From the NCBI GenBank assembly GCA_964106915.2, contig OZ066923.1: a DNA stretch of 64,000 bases; one strand, given 5' to 3'. The position numbers and the translations under genes were made by a program. Below, one piece after another: positions 13,499 to 26,365 of this stretch; the stretch's first letter is position 1, and each line of letters opens with the position of its first letter. The notes under the pieces were generated by a model, which did not search any database, had not been told where the DNA came from, and saw only the letters and a program-made list of their open reading frames with translations. This stretch comes from Podarcis gaigeae (taxonomy: Eukaryota).

Positions 13499-14399
13499 TG
13501 TGTGAGTTATTGTGCAACCAATAATAGAGGCATGCCAGGCTTTTCAATGAAGCATAAGTCCTACTCCACCATGAAAAAAAACATTCAGGTCCAGCTGTCA
13601 CCTCCATCCGCTACCATAGGTGCTGCATGAGTTATAAGTGTGGGCAGACAGTGACAACTGTACAACAGTGAACTTCATGTGGGCATACAATTCCAAAATC
13701 CCTGCTGTACTTTGTGATTTGTACATACGCTCAATGAGGTGAAGCAGATAGCCAGTGGGAAGCATTAAGAAAGGGGGAGGACCTACATATGCAAAACAGG
13801 CACACTAAGTCATGCACTGATGTGGACAGGATACAGCAGATGTAAATACTTAAAATTCACAAAGGTGTGTGCCATTCCCGATCCTGAAACAAAGTCAATG
13901 CTGGTGCTGAGTCCTACTGCAAATTAAGGCTTGATGTCAGGAGTATTTTGAGCCTAACTGCTCAGTAGTAGAAAGCAGCAGGGCTCAAGCTTGCTTTGAA
14001 ACCATCTGGTTATTGCTCCTGATTCACCAGATGTGAATTAGGCTGTGGCTGTTCAAGGGGGTGAAGGGAATGCCCTCTTTGGGCTCACAAGCACTCTGTA
14101 ATGGTGGTATCAGCATTGTTAAGGCATTTCTACAACAGATAAAAAGCTGGACACAGTACATATGCAGTTCAGGAAGCTGATCAGAAGAAAGTCTGAATAT
14201 GAGAATCCCCACAATACCTAACACTAAAAAATCAAGATGTTAAGTCTGAGCACTGCAAATTTCTCCTGTCTTCTGTTCTCACCTTGGTCCCCTCCTGTCT
14301 ATTCAGCACTCTGCTTTGACATGCAACACCTCTGCTTAGAATCTTCATAGCCTCGCCCCTTTCTGATTGCTCTGCTTTTGAATCCTGTACATCCCTGCC

Positions 14400-15620
14400 T
14401 ATTTATTTACTTATGTCCAGGACAAAATATCTAGGTTAACATAACATATCCATAAAGCTGTAAAAATACTTAGCCAATACCTGGACAATGATGCACAATA
14501 ACTGATGGTTGAGCTATACATCTTAAAAATCCTTAAGTAGACTTAAGTAGCCATCTGAAACGAAATGATTCTTGCTAAAGAGTAATAGGCAAGAAGCTTA
14601 GTGTGTACAGACACTAAATGTCCTCTGCTTTGTAGAAGCAAGGCAAACATCACGTGGCACCCTTAACCGTGCTTCCCTGGCTGAATGTAATGATGGAGCA
14701 AATTTATATGGGGCAAGGCAGTGCCTCAGTTAACTGGTCCCAGCCTGTTCAGGGTTTTATATACTTCTAGCAATAGCTGGAATTTGGTCCATTAACATTT
14801 AGACAACCAATGCAGATCCTTATGCAGAAGTGCTATTAAACTGTTGATGGGAATCCCCCACCAGCAGCCAGACAGTTGCATTTTACACAATTTGTGGCTT
14901 CTCAACCAAACACAAGGGAAGTCCCACATAAAGTAGTAGTGTAATTTTGAGATTACCAATGCATGAAGCACAGAGACCAAGCTAATCTTGATCCAGGAAT
15001 GGCTGCAGTTGTCTTACCAGGTGAAGTTTATAGAAGGTGCTCCTAGCCACTGACACCACTTGGGCCTCTAGTGATAAAGATGGATGCAGAAGGACCTTCA
15101 TACTTCAGACCTGTTTCCTTAGCATAAGCCCATCGAGGATAGGCACTTTACCTGTCTCCTAAACACAGAAACCACTCACACACTGTGCCTCCATCTTACC
15201 AGGACTCAAACTTTGTTTATTGGCCCCCATCCATCACACCACTGCATCCTGGCATTGGTCCAGGGCTTGCACAGTCTCACCTGATTCAGATGTAATAGAG
15301 AAGTAGAGCTGAGTGTCATTGGCATACTGATGATTTCTCACCCAAAAACTCCTAACAAAAATTTTTTTTCCTTCCAGTAGCACCTTAAAGACCAACTAAG
15401 TTAGTTCTTGGTATGAGCTTTCGTGTGCATGCACACTTCTTCAGATACACATATCTGTATCTGTATCTTCAGAGTGTATCTTCAGAGTGTTATTTTTTTT
15501 TTGTTTTGACTATGGCAGACCAACACGGCTACCTATCTGTAACCAAAAACTCCTAATGAAGCTTCCACCAGATTTATAAAGCTGTTTAAAAGCATTGGCG
15601 ATAAAATGGCGCCCTATAAC
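14400..15620 (-). mobile_element. Degenerate L2-clade LINE ORF2 fragment, interrupted by an insertion
   Basis: Minus-strand HQYANDTQL (YADD-like RT motif) near 15305-15332; LHALVISKLHY and LHKDLHWL resemble the L2 ORF2 C-terminal region; boundaries approximate. Confidence 0.75.
15356..15542. mobile_element. Penelope-like retroelement fragment nested in L2
   Basis: GTAGCACCTTAAAGACCAAC..GAGCTTTCGTG..CTTCTTCAGATAC and CCAACACGGCTACC resemble squamate Penelope-like ends; flanked by 14-bp direct repeat CCAAAAACTCCTAA (15342-15355, 15543-15556). Confidence 0.65.
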
Positions 15621-16040
15621 CTTCACTTGCCCATCTCCATAATCCTCAGTTGTCCCAAGTCTCCAGCTTCCTCAAATGAGTCAATCCTTTGTCCCTTGCT
15701 GTCCCTTTGGCCTAGAACTCAGACCCAAAAGGACACCTGCGTTATTTCCTTGAAATCGCTCTCAAACCCCACTTTTTTGAGTGAAGCCTGGACAATTTAT
15801 TTCACACTGACCCGTAATCAAGCTTAAGTACTGAAATAAACACATTTTATACTCCTGGCTCCATCTTCCTCTGCCACCTGTCCTGTATCAAACTGGAAAC
15901 TCTTCGGGGCAGAGATCTGTCTTCTTACACTTTGTAATGCACCGTATTTGTGGATGGTAGCAATGATGATGGTGAACAGGTCAACATGGCAATACTGACC
16001 AAGTCAGCGCCAAAATGGGACAGAATGGAAAATGGGATCT

Positions 16041-16050
16041 CACACACACA

Positions 16051-16100
<50 letters not shown>
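16041..16100. repeat. (CA)n(TA)n(CA)n microsatellite upstream of the NAP1L1 promoter
   Basis: Directly visible. Confidence 0.95.
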
Positions 16101-16101
<1 letters not shown>

Positions 16102-16149
16102 GTACTGTGTACAGCGCCTGTGCTTGAGTGTGGCCCTTCCCACCACCTC

Positions 16150-18100
16150 TCTGTACACACGATGGCTGCAAGCGCACAGAAAAGACTCGGGCAGGATGTG
16201 CTTGAAGCGCTGCTCAGTCTGTGGCCAGGATCAGTCAGGCTGGCCGTCACGCAGGGCCGGAGGGAGCCACCCAAGGCGCGCCCCAAGCTCTCAGCTCTCC
16301 TTTTCCTTGCCAACTGCCCGCCAGCCCGGGCTCGCGGCGCTGCAATCCTCCCTCCCCTTTCACTCCCCCCCCAACTCCACGCACACGCTCCACACACCCA
16401 AGCGCGCTCGCGCTCTGTTGTTTGTCCCAGGGAACCCGGGACCACGTGGCCTTGCCTGTGGCGTGCCCAAGGCCTGGCTCGCGCCCGGGCCGAGGTGGTT
16501 GGCTGGGACTTTGGTTGGCGGGCTGATTGGCGGGCGAGAGAGAGAGAGAGAGAAAGAGAGGCGAGAGGAAAGAAGAGCCCGTTGCTTGTCGCTAGGCAGC
16601 AAGGCTCGCTGTTCCAAGGCGCGCGCACGCACGGGGTTGCCTGGAGACAGGGGCGCGCGGGAAGAGGAAGGGGAGGGGAAGGACAGGGGGGAGGAGGAGG
16701 AGGAGGAGGAGGAGGGGGGATGTTACGTGGTGACGTTAATTCTATATGAGCGCGAGCGGCGGGAGCTCGGGTCTTTTTACCGCCAGCCGCGCGGCGCTTC
16801 TCCCTCGCTCCTGAGTCACTGCGAGACCCGGCCTCGCGCAGGTAGGTAAGCGGGGCGCGTGGGCTCGGAGGGTGGGGGCCGCCTGTTACAATAGGAGGCG
16901 GTTGGTAGCGGGGGGGGTGAGGGAGGGGGAGCCTCTGCCCTGGCTTGGAGGGGATCTCGCGCTCTGCTCTGAGGCGGAGGGAGGGAGGGAGGGAGGGGGA
17001 GAAAATAGGGAGGGAGCAGAGGCGGCCCCCTTCTCTGGCGGCCCCTCCGCTGGCGGGGAACGTTCCCCCACCGTGGCCGTCCTCGATGGGGCGCCGTGGG
17101 GGGCAGTACGTGCGGGGAAAGGCCCGCCCGTCTCCGCTTCTCCCTCGGGGCGAGGCTGCGGTCAAGCGGGCCGCCCCGGGTTGGCCTAGTCTGGCCGGCT
17201 GAGCCACAGGCGAGCACGTGGGGACGAGACGGGGCTCTGGCTGGGCGGCCTCCCCGCCCGCCCGGGGCATGTTGAGGAGAAAGGAGCCGCGGCGCTGTGG
17301 TGCCGAAACGTAAATAAGGGTCGCGGCGACTGTGGCGGGTTGGGAGGGCGGAGGAGCGGGAGGGAAGCGGAGGGCCCGATGGGGAAGGGGAGGCACCGCG
17401 CCTGGGCAGGGCTTGGAGGGGGGGTGCTTATGGCGGGAAGGTTGAGAGTCCCTCCACGCTTCCTTCTGTTCGGAGGAGAGGCAAGACCGGCCAGAGCAGC
17501 TCCGGGAGGGCTGGGTGCTGCTCGAGGAAAGGCTCCCCCCCCCCGGCGGAGCCTGGCCGGGCTGCGTTCGCCAGGTAGTAAACAACCGCTGGCCTCTGTT
17601 TCCCGCATTTTGTGTGCCCTTCTTGTCGCTCTTGCCCGCAGGGTGAGTGCGTGTGAATAAAAATGGGCGTTTTGCTCTTTTTGAGGTGTCAACTAAGTGT
17701 AACAAATAACCGGCCGTTTCTGGCTCTGGGGGTAGTTGTGCTGCCTTTAAATTATTCCAAACGTCATTTATTAGGTGTGTTTTTTTTAAAGGTGCCACAA
17801 AACCCGAGGTTTTCTTTTTGTATGGTTAGTTTACAGTCGCCTGGGTGGGTTGCACTGAAGACGAGGGCACGGGGAATGACGCTGGGCGGAGGCAGGGAGG
17901 CTTACGGTCTTGAAGGTACTGCCCACTGCCGCCTTGGTTTTCAACTGGCAGATGGATCATCGCACGTGGGTTGCGTCTGATTCAAGGTGGGTCTCTTCTT
18001 GAAGCGGTGGATTACGGGTACCGAGAGACGTGCCTTGTAAAATATTAAAAGAAGGGTCCGTGTTGTGGGTCAGGTTAAAAGTGCGTCTGAAAAGGCAGCA
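16150..18100. promoter_or_regulatory. NAP1L1: CpG island / NAP1L1 promoter
   Basis: Very high GC and CpG; E-boxes CACGTG at 16443, 17215, 17963; E2F-like TTGGCGGG at 16515 and 16527; inverted CCAAT 16526-16530; TGACGT 16731; TATATG 16743; (GGA)n 16690-16713. Confidence 0.9.
16773..16845 (+). other. NAP1L1: NAP1L1 non-coding exon 1 (predicted TCT/TOP start; donor after 16841 or 16845)
   Basis: TC(+1)TTTTT lies 30 nt after TATATG; AP-1 TGAGTCA 16812-16818; ends GCAG|GTAG|GTAAG. Confidence 0.7.
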
Positions 18101-19445
18101 AAAGACGGATTTGTCTCTGTAATGATAGGCTGGCTAAGTGGAAAAGCTTGTTGTGGAACGAAGACCTTCAAGACATGGCTGTTTTCTGTAGGCTTTGTTT
18201 AACATCCAGCAACAGCCTGTAGATGGTCAGATAAGTGCTGACAAGGCCTGACACTCGCTGGAGTTGGTGGCTTTTCTTAAATTGTAAATACCAAGCAAAT
18301 CAGGCTTTAAAATTGGCTTGGATTTCAAACAGTAGGTTTCAAGGTTCATATTTACCTTGAAGATCTCATTGAACAATGGATGTTGAGTTTTTCACAAACA
18401 GGGATTTTAAAGATCAAAAGTGACCCTTCTAGGCTCCATGTTGTGTGTCTGACCTAATATTAAATTTTGTGTATGGATGCTAATGTCAATTTTTGTGGCC
18501 TTAGTATATTTGCTACAGCAGTATATGCAGTGTAAAAACATGCTATAGATTTGTTGGTAACTTCAAGCAAGTCACCAGTCTCTGCTTCAGTTACTCTTCT
18601 GTAAGTTGGGAATATTAAGGTGTTTGAGGGTGGATTCGCAGAATTGTAAAGCACTTTGTTCCCCATGTTATTCAGATATTCATAGCAGACAGTGATACAA
18701 CATTCAGAATAACAAAGTCCCAGTTTAACAAATTCCCATTGTGTGTGTTTTAATAGAGGTCTAAAACTGGAATTCTTTTAGCAGTTAATTAGGAGCAAGC
18801 CCTGGTGAACTTGGTGGGACTTACTTCTGAGTAGACATATATAGGATTGTGCTGTTAGTGAATGCATTGTGGCTTAATTCCACATAGGTGTGCATAGGAT
18901 TAACCATGCTTGGCTTGCATATCTCATAAGGCTCAAAATTGGAAGGGGTATACAATTGATATTACTTACCACTGTGTAGTTCAAATAAGAATTGCAAAAG
19001 TGACCCTTCAGGTGTTCCTGTGATTCAGGATTTAATAAACTATGATTTAATAAAGTAAATAATAAACATTCACGTGAGGGAGCTGAACAGGAGTTTTGGA
19101 GTTCTGCACAGACCTCCATTTTCTGTGTTCCCATGCATGTGTGCCATGAGGATGCAGGGCACTTGTGCATGGGGGGGGGGTCCCTGCATGTGCTTGTGGT
19201 CTGCTTTGAGGTTTCTATCTTACCTTGTCTCGGAAGGTTGCAAATGGCACCGTGCATGTGCCTTTAAATGAATGACAGTCCTAGTTTACCTTAGTACAGT
19301 GACTTCACCAGACTCATAGCATCAACAGAAGTGATACTTAATGAAACTTGTGTATCAGGGCCAATGCATGGAAGTTAGACTGCATTTTGGAATTATAGTA
19401 CAGGGATGTAATAATTTTATCCAACCCAGTAGAGAAAAAAAGAAG

Positions 19446-19688
19446 GGGAGGAGTTTGGATTTGATATCCGGCTTTATCACTACCCGAAGGTGTCTCAAAG
19501 CGGCTAACAATCTCCTTTCCCTTCCTCCCCTGCAACAAACACTCTGTGAGGTGAGTGGGGCTGAGAGACTTCAGAGAAGTGTGACTAGCCCAAGGTCACC
19601 CAGCAGCTGCATGTGGAGGAGCAGAGACGCGAACCCGGTTCCCCAGATTACGAGTCTACCTCTCTTAACCACTACACCATACTGGCTC
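19446..19688 (-). mobile_element. tRNA-derived SINE (Squam3-like)
   Basis: Reverse complement of 46049-46284; tRNA-like A/B boxes (TAGTGGTTAAG, GGTTCGCGTC). Confidence 0.85.
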
Positions 19689-20512
19689 TAGTGCATCCCT
19701 ATCTACTATAAAACTGCTTAATAGGGGTAAAAATTGTTGAAAGAAGGTGACACTAGGTAGACTAGCAGCAAACTAGTCAGAGAGAACTGGCCAACACTGA
19801 GACCAAAATACAGCCACACCTGCTATGAAGCTGTTCTGCCTTTAGTTCATATGACACTTCTATGTCCAAACTCTTTTATTTGTTCTTTAGCAGTTCTTTT
19901 TTGTTGACAAAGTAATTCCAGGTCTCTTTTTACCATCTTGAAAGCAGCACTTTTTACACTTCGATGACTAGTGTATGTATTTCTGCTAGTCTTTTTAACA
20001 TACTGGTAGCACAGTACAATGTCACAGCTTGTTCTATTCACCAGTAAGGTCTCCTGATACAAGTTTGTTTTCATAGTTCAATTAAGTATAAAATTATTTC
20101 CTTTACAACTCAATCCTTCTCTATTGATTATATTGGCAAGAATTCTATTTTTACGTTGTAAGGATTGTGTGAGCTGTGACCAAAATGTTTGGGGAAAACA
20201 AGAAAACAAGTAACGAGGGGGCACTTAGATGCCTTTGTCTTTCAGTTCCCTTGAATACCAAGAAGGGAATATAATGTGTGAAAGTTGGAGGTGGAGGAAT
20301 TAGGTGCATACTGCTCCTCAAGTTGTCCTTTGCCTTTGTCCACTTCTAGAGGCTATCCCTCTTTACATTGAAATGCCTGTTGGAACATTTAACCTACTGC
20401 ATGTTGATTGAATGGATCTGAGAGGGTTCTAGTGTACTGTTCTTGAATATACTTTGTTACTTCTTAATGATTGGCAGCAGTCCCTTGTTCAGTTTGGAAG
20501 CTCTAGGAAATA

Positions 20513-20723
20513 CAGTGGACGCTCAGGTTGCAAACGTGATCCATGCGGGAGGCACGTCCGCAGCGCCATGCCTGCGCATGCACGGGTTGCGATTCAGTGC
20601 TTCTGCGCATGTGCGACCGCCGAAACCTGGAAGTAACCCGTTCCGGTACTTCCAGGTTTTGGCGCGTCCGTAACCCCCCAAAAAACATGCTACCTGAAGC
20701 GTCTGTAACCCGAGGTATGACTG
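20513..20723. mobile_element. pogo/Tigger-like MITE, CpG-rich subfamily
   Basis: TA|CAGTGGACGCTCAGGTTGC ... GTAACCCGAGGTATGACTG|TA. Confidence 0.85.
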
Positions 20724-21613
20724 TAGTTCTTAACAGAGGTAGCAAACATAGTTGTCAGATATATGGACTGCAACTTGTAACATTCCCAGCTAGGATTGAA
20801 CAACAGACTTGTTTGAATCCCACACTGAATCAGACTGATTTGTGCTGAATCAGGATAGGGTCAAGGCAGCTATAGAACATGTCAGGTAGACCCAAATTGA
20901 TTTGTAGTGATATGTGCTGATCTAGAGCTCAAAACAGTCTCTCAAAACTCCAGATAGACTGCCTCCAAAGTTGTGCAATTATTGCAACATCATATAAGGA
21001 GAACATCCAAGTGAGGTAGGAGCGGGAGAGGAGCAGGACATTGCTCATTAAGGGTCAGAATCTCATCCAGCATTGTCTCTTAGGAGTTCTGACTCTTAGA
21101 AGTAGTTTGGTGGCATTTATGTTCTTTTTCCTGCACAGTACTCTACCTATCCTTAGGCTTATTCGTTTTCCATTCTTTCTTGATCAATCCTAGTCCCATA
21201 CCTACACAATAACAAACATATTTGTCTTTGTCTTAGCTACTTAAGCTGTGTCACACACCCTTCCCATTTGGACCCTAGTTTTTTAAGGTTAGGTTTGCAT
21301 TTTATTTAGATCGGTGTTCTGTTTTCTGTGTCTATTTGTGCTTTTGTGTTGGTAAGTCTTCAAAGTACATTGTGTGTAGTCGGTACACAAGGAGCACACA
21401 TACAGTATAATAGCGCATACACCAGCATTTTAAATTTTTTTCAAAAAAGCAAACTTCAGAGATGGATAGCACAAAACCCCTAGAGGTACTAGTCTTAAAT
21501 TTGGTAGGGTTGATCTCCTTTTGAGCAGCTATTCTATCTCCAGATTTCATGCACCTAGGTGAAAAAACAAAGTTATGGTCATTTTGATTTCCTGGTGCAA
21601 GTGAATTGGAATA

Positions 21614-21818
21614 CAGTGGTAACTTGGGTTACGAACCGTCCTGCTTATGAATGCTTCAGGTTACGAACTCTGCAAACTCGGAGGTAGGTGTTCCGGGTTG
21701 CGAACTTTGCCCCTGGATACGAACGTAATCCGCTTCCGAGGCCTATGTAGGCAATATGCGCCTTGGGTTAAGAATGGACTTCCGGAACGAATTAAGTTCG
21801 TAACCTGAGGTACCACTG
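21614..21818. mobile_element. pogo/Tigger-like MITE
   Basis: TA|CAGTGGTAACTTGGGTTACG ... CGTAACCTGAGGTACCACTG|TA. Confidence 0.88.
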
Positions 21819-24800
21819 TACAAGTTTTGGATTTTAGGTAGTGTAGTATATGAGCTGTGTATTCTATGGGGCATCCACTGAAATAATTTTCTGTGTGAGA
21901 TACTGTCATCTTAAAGGATGTAATGGCAGTAATAAAGTTTGGATCATTACTGATTTTTTTCTTAAAAGGACCTGTTAGTTACATCATAGAAATATTAATT
22001 TTCAGGGTGTTTTATCTTGAGGTCTGCATACTATTTGTATTTCTCAATAATACATATTTTAGTTGCTCACAGTACTGATGGTTTTTATTTTCACTTCATT
22101 GATGTATTTTTTCTTTACTAACTGGGAATATTAGTCTTGTTCATGCTAGGGTACAGCAACATGCAAATCTTATCTCTGGCATGTTGTAGTAATTTTCAGT
22201 ATTTTTTTCATAAGTCTATCCAAGTACTGTACTATTTTATACATAAACTAGATATGAATCTAGTAGCATCAGCATGCTTGTAAATTGACCAGCTCATTCA
22301 GGTGGGACTTACCCTTCCTTTTGGTCCCCTGCAGACCCAATGTGCCCCCAAAACCTGCTCTGGATGTTGGATGACCCTCAAGAGCTCATGGGAGGACAGT
22401 AGAGGACTGTAGAGGGAGACCATCTTAACATGTACATAAAATATTTGGGGAAAAATATTCCAGATATTTTAAAGTCTCTTTTAGGAAATACATTTTATCC
22501 CCCCACCCCCATGGTTTCAGAAACTAATATTTCTATACCATTTAATGTTTAGATGTGTTCTTTAGTACATTTCGGTTGACATACCATCTTAGCAAATTGC
22601 CCTGTCAAATATGTACGTGTTTACTTTAAAAAGAGAAATTCATATGAAAAGAGTAGATAGAATTACATTTGAAGCAACTTTGGATCTGGCGATCCTTTGT
22701 GTTTAACCAAATATGCTGTCTTGCATTCGTCTTCATTTTCATTTCTTAAGCTGCCTTTAGACTTCAAACCATAAGGTATATATAACAATACTTTTTCTCC
22801 CTTCTGCCTAAGAGCATCTCAGATAAGATTTGCTTCAGAGCTAAAGAGAGGGTACCATGCTTATGTTAATTATCATTTTCTAGCAGATTGAAGCTAACAG
22901 CAATGACAAAGTATGATTGTTATTGTTTGAAATACATTAACTTCTGCAGATTGCTTTCTAAAGAATAAACTTGTTCCAGGAATAGTTTTATAGAAGGCCA
23001 TCCAACTACAATGTTTTCACTAAGTAAGACAGCTACCTGTCACAAACTTGAAATTTACTCCCCATCCACCCAAGAGTTCAAAGAGGAAACGTACAGTCCT
23101 GTTGAAGGCTGTGAGGAGAATTTCAAGGGAGGGGAGGGGGAAAACACTGTTATGTCTTCCTTTACCCCAAGTCTTTGCAGACTTGAGCATTGTGCAGATT
23201 GATTTTACCCCCTAGAAAAATCTAGCCATGGTTTTGCACTTTAAAAATCTTATGTATATGTCATGGTTTTTTTTTTATTAAAAAAGGACATCCTGCATGC
23301 ATGAAATATGCAGGAAGTGACAGGGCGTGACAGGGCTCATGCCTAACCCAACTTTTTGTTAGCAAGTGTTCATATTCTGACATTTCAGGATGAAACAGGC
23401 TGTTCATTTGGCTGAGAACCTGCTTCTACTGTATTACATCTATTTTCACTTATTCCATTAATATAAAGTGCTTTTGTAACTTAATTCCTCCTATCAATAT
23501 TTTAGTTGTCCTCCAAGTTTAACTTAAGTGTATTTAACTGTGCTTAAGAAATGAGAGTTTGAACTTAGGTTTTGGTCTTTATAAGCAGCTGTTCTGATCA
23601 TCATTGGTAAAGCCTGATGACACTACCAAGCAAGGCTTCAGAGTGAGCCCTGGCATTGTCAGCATGTCTTGCTACTTTGTGCCAGCAACTCTGGCAAGGC
23701 AGAAAACTGTTCTGGAATCTCTGTTGAAGGTCTCTTGAATATCACTGCTGCTTCTGTCCTAGTGCTGGGGTGAAAATACTTGATAGAAAATTCTGATAGA
23801 GAATTCCAATGAGAGATTAAATGACTTGCTCTGCAGTGCAGAAGGAATGAATGATGGAGAAACTGTAGTTCTGGAAGATTCGTGGATATTAGGGTTTTTA
23901 ATGAGGGGCAGAATCATTTATTGAATACCACTGTTGAAAATGTGGTAAGGTCACATACTTGCGGATACATAGGTTTGTGAAGAATAAAGGAGAACTTTCA
24001 ATAATTTCCACATTCTTTTAACCCCCAGCATGCAAGGCTCGGTTGTACATCATGAATCTACTTTTTCCCATCTCTTACTCTTCTTTTTTTATCCTTACAT
24101 ATTTTTATTTTTTAAAGAAAATGGAAGTTGCTAGTTGCAACTCATCTCTGGGATGCAATCATTGATCACATAGTGAAGACTCAGGCACTCTTGATAAATC
24201 CTATGCCGTGCCACTGTTGCTTCTATATTTGCACTCCAACCATAAGAACAGTTCCTCCTGTGCTCCAGGAGGCTCAGTTGAAGTTCTTCCATGGCCTTTG
24301 TTACTCCCATTTAAGATGCATCTGATGGCTTGGCTTGCAGAGCATCTACTCAAGAGTGAAGAGCAGTGTTAAAAATTCACCAAGCTCATTTTGCACCTGG
24401 CCATCGGCCACTTGCAACCACGTGAAGATGCCTGGGCTGACTGACATCTTCATCATCTGGAAGCCCATGCCTAGAGTTCATTGGATCTGGACTGTTTTAA
24501 CACACTTCTGCCACATCCTGTAGAATTCTATCAATTCTAATTTATCTGCACAGTTGGAATAAATTTCAGGAACCAAAATGCTTTTTCTGTGCAGCTTGAG
24601 CAGGAGCAGTGAACAACGTTAGTTAAATGTTGTAGCTTACCTCCACCCCATTGCCCTGCTTATAGTTGTGAAGAATATCCCTATGTTATGAATGGTCTGT
24701 GTCACCATTCATTAAGGGGGAAAAAGATTATTCTGAGCATTGGAGTCCTGAAGTCAGCAATGTGCTGGGAGATTGGAACTTTTCCTTTTATCAGTGTGTT

Positions 24801-25931
24801 GCTTGTCTGCAAGGTTCTTTGAAGTCCAACTTCAGGACCTCAAAGCACCAAACATCAAATCACCTGTCATAATTTTTGGCACCACTTATTTTGGTCAACA
24901 GACCCAGAATGTTTCCACACTTCTGCTGTAAGAAAGCATTTTATCAAGTTGTAGATGGAAATTGCTGGCAGCCACTTCCTTAACAATACATTTTTCTTTT
25001 GCCAGCATAATCACAGGGATCCTGCAGTTATATCCATGCAGTTCACACCTGAATTTCTTAGAGTCACCATAATTTTTCTCATGCTGATAATGCACAATGC
25101 TGCAGTTTATCCCCAAAATGTATATATCCTGAGATGTAAGAAGAAAGACGCTAAGATTATGAAATCAAAATAGTATTTACACACAGTATTTAAAGTTGTG
25201 CTTCCAGATAACATGAAATACTGCCATATAAAAGGTTTTGTATCATGCAGAAACTTTCAAATCTTGTATCTTCATGTGCTGAATCTTAGGCCTGTGACAC
25301 TGGGTACAGGATTATTTCATATGAGTATGAAAAGATGTGACCAAATAGGTGATATGGGTGAGAGGGGTTTGTGAAAAAAAGGAAATGGACATCAGAGAAG
25401 GAATTGAAATGGGACATGCCTCACATAGCCAAAAACGGCTGGAAATTGGAGACCTTAAAATAAATGGTGGCTGGTTGAGTGATCAGCCCTGGTGAGACCA
25501 CTGTGTTAAGTCTTCCATGCAGAAGCCTTTTAAGTGGTCTCCCATCTAATGGCTGCAGTGGAAGAATTTGCCTTAAATTGTACTGTCTCTTGACTGACAA
25601 ATAGTCCTGTAATTCAGAATGTGCACAAACCTAGCAATTTTAAAACCTTTTGTATATGTTTTTGGGGTGGGAATACAAAGTTTAGACACATTGGACTTCA
25701 GTAGTAGTAATGTCATACAATCATTAGCTTTTTCAAGCAGTCTCCGATGTTAGTTGTAATGTTAGAATATGAAATGATTGACAGTATGACAAAACTTCAG
25801 ACTGAGTATCTCTTTCCCAAAGGCATTATAAAAGGGTCCTATCGTGTTTTATTATTTTATTGTTTAAGCTGCAACTTAATGTAAAATAATGTTTTCTGTT
25901 CTTTTCTAGGGGTTTTCTGAGGTCTGGGAAA

Positions 25932-25948
25932 ATGGCAGACATTGACAA
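25932..25948 (+). CDS. NAP1L1: NAP1L1 exon 2, coding part (exon starts 25910): MADID(N)
   Basis: ttttctag|G acceptor; AAAATGG start context; AA|gtaagc donor. Confidence 0.95.
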
Positions 25949-26138
25949 GTAAGCATGCTAAATTTTGGCTAATGCGTTCTATCTTTAAAAGGTTCTATTG
26001 TGTGAAATCTGCAGTTGTGTTCTTTCTTACAAGGGCATATATAGTTAGTAGCAAACAATGGTCTAGGTCTTCCAGTTGTTAATATAAATTTGTAAATTTA
26101 TAGTCAATACTTTTTAATCCTAGACTTACGTAGTTCAG

Positions 26139-26365
26139 ATAGACGTACATATCAGGTGGAAACTAGAGAACATTGCATGCCTTCAATCCTGTCACAGTGA
26201 GGACAGGGTGTCAGAACTCGATTCTAATGTGCATTTGGGATGTTATTACATGTCTTGTGTAGCTATTTGCAAGCAGGCTTGTGGTTTACCCAATAGACGT
26301 ACATATCAGGTGCAAACTAGAGAACATTGCATGCCTTCAGTCCTGTCACAGTGAGGACAGGGTGT
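26139..26365. repeat. 73-bp interrupted direct duplication (26139-26211, 26293-26365)
   Basis: Two copies with 2 mismatches, offset 154 bp. Confidence 0.95.

Noticed and set aside
15950-17980. Long ORFs over the NAP1L1 promoter (581 aa minus; 299 and 244 aa plus)
   Set aside because: Stop-poor GC-rich CpG island crossing microsatellites; low-complexity translations with no recognisable domain
26187-26209. IRE-like hairpin with CAGUGA loop; also CACAGTG RSS heptamer
   Set aside because: Intronic, the loop-closing pair is an A-G mismatch, and no nonamer is present at 12 or 23 spacing
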